A DNA stretch of 64,000 nucleotides, taken from positions 88,288,001 to 88,352,000 of the forward strand of contig OX597825.1 in NCBI GenBank assembly GCA_951406725.2, written 5' to 3'. The position numbers and the translations under genes are program-made. This document shows positions 26,655 through 41,949 of this stretch, piece after piece. A model generated the notes under the pieces. The model had not been told where the DNA came from, did not search any database, and worked only from the letters and a program-made list of their open reading frames with translations. Every line of letters begins with the position of its first letter. The stretch's first letter is position 1. Source of the DNA: Octopus vulgaris. Its lineage: Eukaryota.

Positions 26655-27830
26655 TATGTTTGACTTTTGCTTAACATTTGTGCAAGTTGGCTCCAAGTCT
26701 CACCCGGAGACCTCAAGAGACAACAAGTTGGAAGTTCATGTTGGTGTTATGCCTAGAGTGGCATATATTTGGTTTTGTACTTAGTGTTGTACTAGTGAAT
26801 GTCTAAAAGACCATAGGGAAATTATGTTTGTTTTAACACTTGAGATTACATTGAAAGTATTTTGCGTAGGATATGAGCTATTCCCATGAGCACTATCTTT
26901 TGTATTTCTGCCGTTTTGGGGTTTCCTGGTATCTGAGTTAGGTAGCAATCAGCCTCTTTTGCTATCATTCTCAGGGTGCCTATGACAACAGGTAGTGTTT
27001 CAGTCTTCAGGTTCCACATTTTGCTAATTTCTATTTCAAGATCTTTATATTTGCTCAGTTTCTGGTAGGTCTTGACAGATACGTTTATATCGATTGGGAC
27101 AGTCATATCAATGAGGAGGCATGTTTTTTGTCTGAAGTCTTTCAACATGATGTCTGGCCTATTCGCATCTATCTTTCCGTCAGTTTGAATGGTGAAGTTC
27201 CAGAGGAGTGAGATGTGGTCATCTTCAAGCACTGGAGGTGGTTTGTGTTCCCACCAGTTTTTATCATGGGGCAATTCCAGGCTTTTGCAAATTACCCAGT
27301 GAATATATTGTGCAGCTCTATCATGCCTATTGAGATACTCTGAAGACGCAAGAAGATTACACATGGAGACAACGTGATCAATGGTTTCATTTTGTTGTCG
27401 ACATACAAGACATGTTGGGCTACTGCCGTTCTTTAATATGTTGGTCTGGTAGTTCCTTGTAGGTAGGCATTGATCTTGAGCTGCTATGATAAATCCTTCT
27501 GTTTCAAATTTTAAGCCAGAAGCCATTAGCCATTGATGGGTCAGGGCTTTGTCAACATCTGCATTATTCGCTCTCTTTGAGTATTTGCCATTCAGAGGTT
27601 TTCCTTGCCATTCAGTTTTAGCACGGGTTTCCATGCGCTTAGGTTTTCTGTGCTTGTTTCTTGTAGGTCTTGTTCCGAAATTTGTTGTATTCGGAATTCA
27701 CTTAGATATTTCTTTGCCTGTTTTGTTACTGAGTATGAGGATTTCTTGTTTTTATGTTTTGAGACAAGTTTTAACATCTAGTCCTCAGAGTTTTCAGGTA
27801 GGTGTCTAGGCCAATGGTAGCAATCTTCAT
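26655..27830 (-). mobile_element. 5'-truncated R4/Dong-type non-LTR retrotransposon with 3' UTR and (TAA)n-like tail
   Basis: Contains ORF 26846-27634. The 3' UTR ends ..gcaaaagtcaaac followed by ataataat. The upstream flank is (AAC/AAT)n in element orientation. Confidence 0.9.
26846..27634 (-). pseudogene. Open 262-aa C-terminal part of R4/Dong ORF: CCHC knuckle and restriction-like endonuclease
   Basis: GLKFETEGFIIAAQDQ, CLVC-x8-H-x4-C, RHD, RPDIMLKD..LLIDMTVP..KLSKYKDL, QKIVLMGIAHILRK. Confidence 0.9.
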
Positions 27831-27837
27831 TTCATTG

Positions 27838-27847
27838 TTATTGCCAG

Positions 27848-27879
<32 letters not shown>

Positions 27880-27957
27880 GGTGTTGTTATTATTACTATT
27901 ATCCTTATTATTATTATTGTTGTTGTTGTTGTTATCATCATCCTCATCTTCATCAAA

Positions 27958-28009
<52 letters not shown>

Positions 28010-28032
28010 GTAATAATAATAATGATAATATC

Positions 28033-28073
<41 letters not shown>
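27838..28073. repeat. (TTG/TTA)n switching strand to (AAT)n
   Basis: Direct reading; it separates two divergent Dong-type fragments. Confidence 0.95.
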
Positions 28074-28074
<1 letters not shown>

Positions 28075-28400
28075 TGGAGAAATGGAGAAACTCTCAAAAT
28101 ACAAAGACCTGGAAATAGAGGTAACTAGAATGTGGAATCTGAAAACAGAAACAATTCCTATCATAGTAGGTGCATTAGGCATGATAAAAAAATATTCAGA
28201 CAAATACATAACAAAAACACCAGGACTTACAAACACATATAACATACAGAAAATTGCACTACTAGGCACTGCACACATCCTACGCAGAACACTTTCCATA
28301 CAATAACCATCAGAGCATCACAACAAATCACAGCACATACCCAAGGCACACAGAGCTGCGCTCTGTAGTGAAGTGAAAGCACGCTATAAAAATAGAACTA

Positions 28401-28404
<4 letters not shown>
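28074..28404 (+). mobile_element. 3' fragment of R4/Dong-type element inside (TAA)n
   Basis: EKLSKYKDLEIEVTRMWNLKTETIPIIVGALG..QKIALLGTAHILRRTLS. (AAT)n lies on both sides. Confidence 0.9.
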
Positions 28405-28452
<48 letters not shown>

Positions 28453-30002
28453 TAATTCTTAATAGTAATAATGGTCGTGAAAATGACGAATAGAGTGACT
28501 ATGATGATGATGCTACTGCTAATGCATGTAAAGAATCGTCTGTGAAAGTTAAGAATGTGTGACCAGGTATAAGACAGTTGGTGCTTCTCATGTATTTTCG
28601 GTGCGGAGATTGGGAGGTTACGTTTGAGATCAGATTAAAGTGATTGTGTTATTGCGTTGTTACCAACACCATTATATCTTCCTGCATTGTTGTTGTTGTT
28701 GCTAAGAATATTGTGGTTTCTGCTGCTTTTACAAGTAACAAAATAGAATGCTAAATAGAATTTATTCACCTGCTTTGACGAGATAAAAGGATTTTAAAAA
28801 TCTATTTAATTTGTCTTCAACAAGTCTCGGTGACTGGTGTGCAGCAGAGATAGTTTTAGGTGCACTTTCGATATTTAAAAAAAAGATAAAGAAATAGCAG
28901 ACAAGATAGGATCCATTCTATTATATAAGAATCGATTTAAAATATGTTTTAACTATACAACATGAAGACGAGCTCTGAAATAATTTCCCTGTACAGAGAC
29001 AGAGTATTATATAAAAGAGAAGTTCAGAGTCTCTGAGAGTTGAGAGTAGTCCCTTTCATTTGGTCTTATATTATACCAGATAACTTCACGGATGCTAGGT
29101 TTGTTAAGCTGTTTACATCACGTTGCCGTAAGAAATGAATGCAAGTGGATACAGGATTAACCGTACACGCCTGTATCTTGCTTAAATTATCTTATTAGGA
29201 TTTCCTTCATTGGAATTTATTCATTATTTCAGTAGCACTTTCAACTTCACAGGTGCTAATTGACGTTCGTCGCCTTTACAATGTTTTAATTATTGCGATG
29301 CAAATACTTCTCGGGAATGTTTAAATGGAATTCTTAAGTTAGATACACGGAATTACATGTTTAAACCAGTAAGAGAATACAAAAATGAAACGAAATGCTT
29401 AAATTAAACCAAATGAAATACACTTGTTTATAAAAGGAAAGCTTAATTTCGTTTGGATAATACCTTTCCTTCATTGATTCGCTTGTATTGAACGCTATTA
29501 TATTGTGGTGTTTAATATCATACAACATGCAAGGCGAAAGGTGAGGAAATTAGTGACATGCACGGGAATATATAATGGAGCTTGTCAAAAGTACTTGGAA
29601 TGCTAACACATGTTTCCGATGTACATTGAAGCGGAAAACTACTTCTCTAGCTGCAGCCAATCTGTTCGTCACAACCTCGCAATGCATCCCTCTGAGCTCC
29701 ACAACAATAAGTGCACTGAATTTGGAATACTCATCCAAGAGTCGAATCTGTGATGCATAAAACTAAGGGAGGCGGGCTACAAGATTGTTCCTGAACAGTG
29801 TAAATATCCACATGCTTCGTTTTTATTTCTTGGTTTTTCCATATTTCCGTTTTTAGCAATTTTATTTAAGAAACAACAACAACCATAATAATAACAATAA
29901 TTACATGTATACTTACATAATCAGCCATTATTGTAGATTGGACAAAATCTGAATTAGCAAATCTAGAGAGAAGAACTAGGAAGAAATTCGATGAATTTCT
30001 AA

Positions 30003-30073
30003 TTTGTTGTCACTTGATATATCTGGGTGAGACTTGGAGTCAGCTTCTACAAATACAATGCAAAAGTCAAACA
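30003..30073 (+). mobile_element. 3' UTR remnant of the 26655-27830 Dong family
   Basis: ttgttgtc.cttga..gggtgagacttggag..gcaaaagtcaaaca matches the reverse complement of 26657-26728 and is followed by (TAA)n. Confidence 0.8.
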
Positions 30074-30149
30074 TATAATAACAATAATAATAATAATAAT
30101 GATAATAATAATAATAATAATAATTAATAATTAATAATAATAATAATTT

Positions 30150-30345
30150 ATAATGAATACAATGGAAACTGGAATAGAGTGCCCAGTAGAACTGTTACAA
30201 AAGGCTTGCCTCCTGGGCACGGACAGAATAATCAGGAAAGTATAAGTCGAAGATAACTCATAGCCTGGTCCTGAAGGCTGCATGCAGCAATCCCGCTACG
30301 CATGCAAGACTCCATGAGTTCCAACAAAACCTGAAACAAAAAGAA
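30150..30345 (+). mobile_element. 3' end of a second Dong-type family within (TAA)n
   Basis: GIECPVELLQKACLLGTDRIIRKV*. The 3' UTR motif aagg..cccgctac is shared with 41985-42012 on the minus strand. Confidence 0.75.
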
Positions 30346-30695
30346 TAATAATAAAAATGATGATATTTAAAGGATAGTGTAGATCATAATATGAAAAATA
30401 CAAATATACAAGTGACGATTATTATTGTCATACAACATCTCCTCTTGATCATTATCATTATGTTGATTAAGATAGCGATAATATTTATAATATTGATTGT
30501 GTTGCCCATATCTATAATTATATCAAGTTATTTAGCATTTCAAATAATGTTATTATATTCGTAATAATAATAATTTGCTTCGTAAAACGAAGACCTTCAA
30601 CTACTGTCTGAAATCGTGGCATATGCTTATATTTGATATTGTGTCAAAACAGGTTATCTCCTTTTTGCGCTTGTAACGAAATTTCACTTTGTACA

Positions 30696-30759
<64 letters not shown>

Positions 30760-30953
30760 CTTGACTTGGAATGGTTTCATATATATTCCTTGATCATATT
30801 TTAAACATCTTGTTATTTCAGCGTATGAAACGATTTCATTCAAGTAAATATTTAAACAAATAATGTATATCTTACGCATGCTCATTTATCTGCATTCATA
30901 TTTCCTTTTTGAATTTCGTTTGCAAAATTCTTTTTGTGAGTTCGTGTGTTGAA

Positions 30954-31177
30954 GCATATTCTGTTGTGTCTCAGGAGAGTTATTTTCGTTTTGTACATTA
31001 TAATTTAACACACTAACCGGTAACATTTCCACGTGTTTCTTATTTTTATTTTCCTTAAATTTTCTCTGCGTCTTTTCAATAGTCTTGACATTCAATAAAT
31101 AGAAATTTTACCGGTGAGTGTATTAAATTATAAGGCACAAAAAGAAAATGACTCTCCCCAGACACAACGGAATATGC
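30954..31177. repeat. Inverted repeat, 76-bp arms, 72-bp spacer
   Basis: 30954-31029 pairs with 31102-31177. A third copy of the family lies at 34510-34631. Confidence 0.9.
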
Positions 31178-31317
31178 ATTCATATTGTTTTATGATAAAT
31201 GCGTATCGTCATTTTCCGACAACACAAATATGTCTGAAGTCAAACACATTATATCGATCCCCTCCATGTCTACCTAGTTCAAATTGTATATAATTTCATC
31301 ACAATATTTAGAGAAAG

Positions 31318-31349
<32 letters not shown>

Positions 31350-34091
31350 TGTAATTTCACAGTGGAGTACATATAAATATTAGGCATAAAGCCTTAAATG
31401 AAGTTGTCTGTCATTTTTGTACTTTCCAGTTGTCCAGAAATGCTAACAACGATATATTCATTCCAGAATATGGCAGCACGTGTTGGTTATATTCTTGTAT
31501 TCTGTTGAATTATGCCGTTGTTTAGGATTATTGCCTCGGAAGTAAAGAGCTAAAAACCGTTCTTTGTGAAAGTAAATATTTCCTCGTTTTACAAAGAATT
31601 TTCGTAATACTGACTCTAGAGGCTCGGAGAGGTTCATTCGAAATTAAGATAAATAGTTAGATAAAGAGGAGTATTGTTCACATTAAGAACTATATTACAG
31701 TTAGAATAACTACGTCTGTAATAACAAATTATTACTTAACGTATTATGTGTGGACGAATTACAAATATAACTTTCTGTTACAATTGTAATTTCACCAACA
31801 AAATAACTTAGATATAATTATAGTTAATTCTCCTGTCTCTATTTAAAAGCTTGCTTCCTAACTTTAATTAGTAAAGCAATTTGGTTGCCTTTGATATAAT
31901 TTGTGAGATTCATGCACGAAGAGATATAAAATGCAAAGCTGACCAGGTTTTCATTTCGATTTGTTTCTGTGGTTTGTTGTTCTAAAGGCGACACAGCTGC
32001 GCGTTTGGAGGTTCTCTCTTGAAATCTACGTTGCTCCGTTTCGATATTGACTGCATCGTATTTAAGACAAGCTTCGTCTCATATAATCCGATTTCTTCTT
32101 AAAATAATTCGAAATTAACTTGATTGACGGAAAATAGTATGTTAGCTACACCGTGTACACACTCCAATATACTCACGCACATCTACACAGAGATATATAA
32201 CAAGTTTTTATGCATGCAAACGTCGGTGAAAATTGTAAAGATGAGCTCATTAAATGGCGCCGGTTGAATTATAGACATTTCATTGTATAAAATCACACGC
32301 ACACATTACGTTATAGTGAAACACACACGAAGAACACACACACAGAACATATTGAAACACACACACAATGAACAACACAAAAACTTGCACATTTCGATAT
32401 GATAATAAAACAAATATAAAAAAACAATTAATTAGTGAAAGAGGATTTAACACTTTTCTTATCATAAATCCGTGACAATATGTTGTCTTTATTCCACATA
32501 AATTTTAAAGTAATGAAAATTCTTAGAAAATTATTTTGTCAGTGAGGTTTCAGTTGGATTGTTATCAAAATGGTATGATGCTTTGAGATTTCGTCTGTTT
32601 AGGAGCGTCGGGTTCTTCTCCATAATTTCTGCAGCGTACATATCGAATTGCTGTTTGTGTTTGGAATTTGTATGACAAATGAAACCTCAGGATTTATGTA
32701 TTTCTATCTCAAGTGTTGGTTCCAAACTCTTTAGCGTTGCGCTGTGTTCTTATATAACATATTGAAGATCGGAAGAGTTGGCCTAGATCGCTCAGATTAA
32801 CAAACACGATTAGTGAGGAAAAATAAAGAAAGGAAAAATAAAGTGCACAGCTTGTATGACCATGGATAATGAATATGGAATTTGCCAGATCAGAGGGAAC
32901 AGAAATTATCCGAAATCGGTTTAATGTAAGTTACCTTATGTATAATAACAAATAATACCAAAATGAATACCAAAGTGCAGGTGAAATCCCTACCTATATA
33001 TATATATAAAGAATGGGTCCAAATTTATATAGAACCAACAACTGGGAAATAACTGATATTCATTCTCTACATGTTATCATGTTATCTCTGTGCATTTCCA
33101 TATCAAATATCACATGGGCTGGGATTGAAAAGACATACGTTGCATTATGAACGCAGCACTGGCAGCGAGAGAATATTAAGTGGCTTTTTACGGAATATAT
33201 GAACGCGGACGTTCTTTTGTTTGTATTCGGTTGGAGATTCAGATGATTGGTTTTACACAGACATTTGCGAATTTCCAAATATAATGGAACTGATAAGATA
33301 AAAAGAGAATGAAGATAACACGATGCAAGTGAAAATTCATACTAATATAAAAACTTAATTAAATTATAAATGGAATGTAAATATTTTAGTTCACTTTTAA
33401 ATACATTTGCATTTGTGTATCTCAACTCTTTATGCAATACAATAAAAAGGTTGGTGGAAGCACAAATTAGTTGGGTTAAGGAGCGTCCGTAATGGCATTC
33501 GATCGCAAATTGAATGTGTACGGAGTAATTTTTTGAATGCGAAGTGTGAGGGATATAATTACTAATTGCACTTGAAACAAATAGATCGATACAAACAGAT
33601 AACGAATACACAAGCAGCCACAGTGAATCAATAAACATATTTAGAAGCAATTAAAGACCGACATATTCACTCAATAATCAAGCGTTACAGTTATAAAACA
33701 ATGTTTTTTGCATATGAAAATGATTGGTTTTGCAACCGTTACTGCAAACACGTCCATAGAAATGTTTAAATGAGGACACAGTTGGGTAAAATTGAATTAG
33801 ATCGAATCTATTGAATCGAAGTGGAATATTTAAGAGATGGTGCGGGTGAAATGTAATGCGGGAAATTTTAGTCGGGATTGTTCTGTCATGTTGATAATGA
33901 ACCTAATCCATTTGTCAACACAGGTAGACGCTAAATGCATATTCAGACATTAGTTAAAAAAAGATGTCTCGGAGTCTCATTTCATTGGTAAAACAGATCG
34001 TGCAGAAAATCATATCCGTAAGACATCAATACTAAAGAAAACGATATAAAAAGTAATACATCCAGAATGTTAAAGTAGCATAACTGCCTCC

Positions 34092-34276
34092 AAAGCGGCG
34101 AAACGTAAGGGCGAAATGCTTAGCGGTTTTACGTCTGCCGTTGCGTTCTGAGTTCAAATTCCGCCGAGGTGGACTTTGCCTTTCATCCCCTCGGGGTCGA
34201 TAAATTAAGTGCCAGTTACGTACTGGGGTCGATATAATCGACTTAATCCGTTTGTCTGTCCTTGTTTGTCCCCTCT
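34092..34276 (+). mobile_element. tRNA-derived SINE with Nin/Deu-like domain
   Basis: B box gagttcaaattcc followed by gactttgcctttcatcccctcggggtcgataaattaagt. Homologous to 53135-53346, 62051-62176 and 39765-39935. Confidence 0.8.
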
Positions 34277-34509
34277 GGCCCTCACACGTAAAAGGTCCCA
34301 GAATAAGGATTGTATAAGAATGTTGAGCGAAGCACTGATGTTTCAACAGTTGTATTAGTCACACCCCAAAGAATTCCTTCCAACACATGGCTATAATGCT
34401 CCCCACTACTTCTGCTCGAGATCAAAGGTACACATATCGTCAGCCACTAATGGAGATGCTCAACTGATTAAAGTGTAACAACTAACAGACAAATCTGTTT
34501 TGACTCTAC

Positions 34510-35609
<1,100 letters not shown>

Positions 35610-37959
35610 GCATATATTTTATGTACATTTGTGTGTGTATGAGTATCTTTAATTAATGTATTTGAGAAAGTGGGATGGTTAAATTTAATGTGTAGCGAAG
35701 GTTTGATGGCCTTGGGAAATTATAAATTTGTTAGGTAATCAATCTAACCCTCAACTGTATTTCATGATTATCATTATCCGTCAACGTTGAACTGGATAAT
35801 TCTAATATCACCATTATTCCCAATCTCATACGTATAGGAAAGCATGCGGAACGCTGTTAATTTGGTAATCTTATTCAGCACCTCATCTACTCGTGATCAG
35901 ATTTAGCAATGCTGTTATTCAGGCCAGTATATTGTCTTCCTTCAGAAGAGCAATTAATATCAATAATGTTCCACGTGCCTTTCCTTTATGGAACTCAGAA
36001 GGGCAATTCATAGGAATAGCTCCGTGATACCAAGTGATGTATTTCATCGTGATTTATGATAGTCATCTTGGGGATGCTCATCATAAACCACTGCAAACTA
36101 TCTAAACGACTGTAAAATTTGTTGAATAAATCACGGACACTGAACACGACACAGTGACCATCACAAAGAAATCCAACATATCCACGCAACGTCTGGTGTA
36201 AGTACTGCAGCAATATTTGATCGTTGTGCTATGTTACTGTTGCAATTAATGTGAAGCAAATGGAATTAAGTTCTAGAAATAAATCAATTCACGTCGCTCG
36301 AAAGCAATGTGTTACAAACATGAAAGCAGAAAAAGGCGTGCCTTGATGAACTTCTGCCATATATAGCTATTGAGACACATTATTGCCGTTAAAGTACGCT
36401 TCTAGAATTTCTGTACTGGCGACATATATGTTTTAATAGGCGACAGAATACCTTAAACTCTGTCTTGTTCGTTTATGACAAGCCATACGACTGCTACATA
36501 TCTTGAAAGATGTCACAAACAAAGCATTTGATCTGCCCTTGATGCACGTTTTATATGTAATGACACAAATTCGGTTTTTCATTCACGCTCGCGTATATAC
36601 ACATACACAAGTATACTTCGATATACACGCACATATAGTAGACTCCAAAGCAAAAACACATATATATATACTAATGTGCGTGTGTGTGTGTGTGTGTGTT
36701 TGTGAGCGTGTGGTTATGTGTTTGCGGGCTACTGCTCATATGACATAAGTACTACACCATAGCTAATAGAGTTCTGTGGATACGCGTAGCTTCCACCGCC
36801 ATTGCGGACTCGGCAATTATGCGTTACAACAATGCAAGGAATCGATAAGAAATATGTTTACATCAGTCACGGACCACAAACACACACTCAAAGGCATATA
36901 TTCACAAATATAGACTCGCACACATATATAAATAAATATATGTATATATATGTTTATATATATATGTGTGTGTGTGAGTGTCTATGTATTCATATATGTT
37001 GTATATTTATATGTGTATTGTATGCGTGAGTGAGCGTTTGTATTTCCATGGGAAGCCAAACGTGTGTTGGTGAAGTGGTAGGTCTACATTAACTAACATA
37101 CACATAAGCATAACCCCAATTATATGGAAGCAATTTTTATGGTGATGATTATTGACATATTTACACTGGCGGTTCATTAATTTTGCACGAGAATGCATGT
37201 CTCTAGGGAATGGTTTAAGTGCATTGGGTCAGATACCAATATATTATGAATCTTAAATTATTGTCAGCAAGCAGCGAATGTTGTGTCCGTGGCAAATTGG
37301 ACTCGTAATTTAGTTGTATAAAATATCGTAGGAGAGTTCGATGAGTAAATGTGGTGTGGAAGTGAAATAATCTATAGAGAAAGAGAGAGAAGGAGGGTGT
37401 GTATGAATATAATATCGCTTTAGTCGACGGCTAATATGTAGTCAGTCAATAGCAGTTGTAAATGCAACAACAATATTGTGTTGGGAAGTTAGGCGTGCAA
37501 CCGATTATGTTGTATGTTGTAATTTAATGACTTTAATGATTAATTTGTTCCACAGCTGTCTCTATTCTGTTTACTCGGTTCAGAGATATTCCAGTCTGCT
37601 AAATAAACTGGTATTTTCGCTGTTGGCCCCTCGCTTAGAACAGCAATAGCAAAGTATAAGTGATCATTGTAACCAGTTGGAAATTCCCGTTTATGACTTC
37701 TGTATTGAAAACGTCTTGCAACAAGAGATAGAGAATTCTAAAGCGTCACCTGCCAACCTATGGTGCGGTTCATTATTGCATGTCCTGAAGATTTCACACA
37801 GATATTTTTGAGGTGATATGAAAAAAAACTTCGGTGTTTTGTGTGGAGGCGTCGATGTAGGCAATTAGACGACTAAATCCCGGAGATGGTGCACTTATAA
37901 TGTGTAATGCAATTGACGAGGATGTAAGTTGTGGGGAAGGAGAAGGCTTGATGAGATCA

Positions 37960-38065
37960 TGCTGTGCGAGTTGGAAGAAACGTGAGAAGATGGATAAGTC
38001 ACATTGTCGAGAAGCAGTCGCAAACTAAACGGAGAGAGGAGGAAAGGACGCCGAGGGACGTAGAA
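37960..38065 (+). mobile_element. Old RTE-like C-terminal remnant
   Basis: RNVRRWISHIVEK..GERRKGRRGT resembles the RTE motif RLRWxGHV..GxRxRGRP. Confidence 0.35.
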
Positions 38066-39624
38066 GCAATGTAATTAGCGAAACCGTCTTTAGAAAATTA
38101 GTGATAAACAGTGAATAAGATTCAGAACATTGCTAATATTCTGAATGGCGAGGGAGTGGACTGGAGAATAATGTGTGAGAGGAAAGGAAACAAGGGCGTG
38201 AAGGGTAGCACAGCAAATAGAGCCGTAAACAAGCGCAGTGAAACATTTCAAGTAGTGTGCACATATGCGAGCGCGCCAGGTGTCTATACACAATCACACG
38301 TTAAGACATTGACTTGCTTCACAACATAAACACGCTATAAATTGACAACAGCCTAAGACGTAAATAGATTCCTCGTAAGATAAAGCATGTATAAAGGCTG
38401 CTATGGAATGGACTCCGAGATGGAGATCCTGCGTCGTACTATATTTTATGCGGCTCAATGTACCGAACTTATTTAGCGAATACTCATAGATTACTAGAGG
38501 ACGGAGCAGGTGCTAGTAAACATGGATTGCATACGTTTGAATGTTATCAAGAAAAGTTATGACCTAAACAGTGACTTCTTGCATTGAAGCAGACTGCACC
38601 CCGTACCTTGTAAGGTGTGCAACACAATCAAAGAGATTAATTATTATAAGTGAAAGAGGTCGACCTGTATTATGGTGATGAATATTTATAATAACGCAGA
38701 ATTATACATGACGTTTGTACTAACAGTCGTCTTGATGACGATGATGATGATTATGATGATTATGATGGTGATGATTTCCTCATTAAGATTATGATGAGAA
38801 TGTATATGAGGTGAGTATATTAAGAAGGCGATATAATGACGGTGAAAGCATCAATGAAGATGATGATGAAAACAATAATGGCGATGGAGATAATAATGAT
38901 TACAGTATTATTACGGTCTTATTAATAAGATTGATAATCATTTTGTTAATTATACATAATTTGTATGATATGCATTGAGTAAATATTAGCACGGTGCGCG
39001 AAGTAATTATTTATGCAACACTAATAATTCGTGTAATTCTAATTTCAAATTGTCAATATTGATCGGATTGAAATTCCATTTCCGATTCTTTGACGAAGCT
39101 AAAATATGTGTGGAGATAGGAACTGTGTCTGTGAGTAAAATTTGATTCAATATATTGATCTTAATATTGATTTTTGCTTAATCGGTTACGGCAATATGAC
39201 ACGCGTGTCACATTGTGTATCATCTCTATGACAGGGGTTTCCATCAGTGTTAGAGCTGAATATAGAATTAAACTTAAGCTGCCGCTCATTTAAATTCGCG
39301 TGGGGCATTGTGTTTGTCTTATTGTATATTAAGATTTCGTAGAAAATTATTAGAAATCAATAAGAAATAGATGATATGCAGAAGCGAATATAAACAGTAT
39401 TATCCCCATCAGGTATTATGTTTAACCCAGAGCTATATTTGTAAGCCGTAAGAGTGCAGAAATACTGCTTGCAAGCTATAACCTACATACGTTAGAATAA
39501 CATTGTGGATCCAAGCAACTGTAAATAAGACCCAGGCAAGACCGAACGATATATTACTACGACAATAACTTAAAGCAATAAGTCAAACATAACATTGTTT
39601 ACAGCAATAAGAATTACACTGTTT

Positions 39625-39764
<140 letters not shown>

Positions 39765-39935
39765 TCTTTGTATGTTTTGGTGGAAGTGGACGGTTAATTT
39801 ATATGGACGCCGGTATTCAACAGCTTATTTCATCGAAAGGATAAAAAGCAAAGTCGACCTCGGCGCCATTCGAATTCAGAACTTAAAGACGGAGGAAATT
39901 TTGCAAAGTGGTTTTTCCTGTGTAGTAAGGATTCC
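39765..39935 (-). mobile_element. Diverged Nin/Deu-like SINE
   Basis: aaaggataaaaagcaaagtcgacctcggcg..cgaattcagaac is the reverse complement of the core at 53204-53250. Confidence 0.7.
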
Positions 39936-40009
39936 TCCACCTTTGTGCATCGCACAAGATTTTGTAGACTTTATTCTACGTAACTCCTGAGATTAGATTG
40001 CACAACGCC

Positions 40010-41600
40010 TTTGCTCTTCGTAGGCATTGATTTCCACAGGCCTTCCAATGGATCATTCTTGCCACATTACCATGTAGTCCTTTGTAAACGCGTAAATGTG
40101 ACACACCATATGACCCCCCTTACTACACATTCTGCATTTGTCGCTCTTAGATGCGTTTTCAATTTTGCCCTTCACAAGGACTTCAGGAATTTTATGTTCA
40201 ATATTGTACATATTCCGGTAATTCAAAATCCCGTTTTTCTTTACATTTGTGTACATTGTCTTGTGTTAGGAACGCAATATTAAATTTTCTCTTCGATCGT
40301 TCAGGTAGTATTTCATTTAAAATTTATCCATTGTGTGAATACGAAATATATTATTTAATCTTATATTCTTTCTAATAACGAAAATAGGTCTAAATCTGTT
40401 TCTTTTTCAGTTTCTTTGATATTGTCGACACTCTAAGTTGCTGTAATGAATGAACGTCGCCTTATAATGTATGTAATTGTATGTTATAACAGGTGTTGCT
40501 ATGTCTTCAGATCATTTCTGATCGAGAAGCTTAATGGTAAAATGCACCCCACCCGTGAATATATCACTGTATAACTTGCCATATTTCCAGAGCAGGGTGT
40601 TGTATTATAAGGGCGTGCGGCAGATATAAATAGTTGGCCAAGAAGACAGTATAACCCACTGTTTCGGAATATCAGTGTTAATCAAGTTTTATTTAGATTA
40701 TTTTCTTTATGGGGAAATATTCTTTTATTTTATATTGTAACATTTACAGTAACTTAACCGAAACTTGGTCGATTTTTCTCTATTCCAGCCTCATTCTAAC
40801 ATAATATACCTTTACTATATCAATAAATTTCATTGGTGCATATTGAATTATTGGAAATCTTTATTCAACTTTTTCTTCTCGCATCTTATTCCAAAGTCTT
40901 CCTTTTGAATTCTGATTATATTTTTATGCATTGTCTTTTGTTCTTAGACATGCAAATATTTTATTTTCTATAAAATGCTTGTGTCTCTTTCTGCATAACC
41001 AGGTCTGCTGCTTTTCTACCAAAACTGATTTCTGTCTCGGTTTCCTTATGTCTATATATTTAAAAATAAATTTTGTACTGTGTTGGCTCTTTACTTCAAA
41101 GTTTTTATTTCCCTACACTGATTTTGTATGATTGTTATCATGTTGACAATTCCGTTTTCATAATCTATTTCTCAGCGCATAATTCACACACGTTCTGCTT
41201 ATTTCTCTTTTCTTTATTGTTCTAATTCTGTGCGCCTGATCCGAGAAGATGCTTAGTTTGACTTAAGTACATTTCATGCATTTCAGAGTATATTTTATGG
41301 AGAGGAATTCTATTGATTTGATTTATATATTTCTTCTCTCTTTTCATATATGAATTCATTATTTGCTTCATATTTTTTTCAAGTTGCTAAAATTTGCATC
41401 TTTTTTATTTAGATTTGCCCTATATTTTCTTAAGTATTTGTCATTTCCTTTACGTTTGAATCTATTTTGTGAATGTCTGTTCGCAATTCATTTTAGATTT
41501 ATGGATACCTTTTGGAGGTGGGTGAAAATTGTAATGGTTTCCAAGTTGTTTCAATGTTATAATACTTTTAGGAGATTAAGATTTTTGAGAATATATTTTG
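40010..41600 (-). mobile_element. Heavily deleted R4/Dong-type element
   Basis: Minus strand SDQAHRIR (N-terminal region, ~41222-41245) and KIENASKSDKCRMC..HI..HGNVARMIHWKAC (knuckle region, ~40030-40175). Confidence 0.55.
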
Positions 41601-41830
41601 ATTTTTTTTGGTCCCCCTACAAATGAAGTAATTAATCTTGTTGTCATTGCAACTCATTAAACGTTTAATTTGTATTCCATTTATAATTAAACCTTAATGA
41701 TTATTACAAAGTCATCCTTCGGGACCGGAAGCCGAGATGGGAAGCGGTCAAGTACTGAGGTGGAGGCAATCAGCTAATCTTTTAATCTCGTCTTACCCAG
41801 ATTATTCAGGAACTATCAATATTAGAAGCA

Positions 41831-41949
41831 CTTCTTCTTCGTCTTCTTCTTCTTCTTCTTCTTCTTCTTCTTCTTCTTCTTCTTCTTCTTCTTCTTCTTC
41901 TTCTTCTTCTTCTTCTTCTTCTCCGCCTCCACCTCCTCCTCCTCCTTCT
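41831..41949. repeat. (TCT)n/(CCT)n microsatellite
   Basis: Direct reading; reads (GAA)n at the 3' end of the minus-strand element at 41950-42990. Confidence 0.95.
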
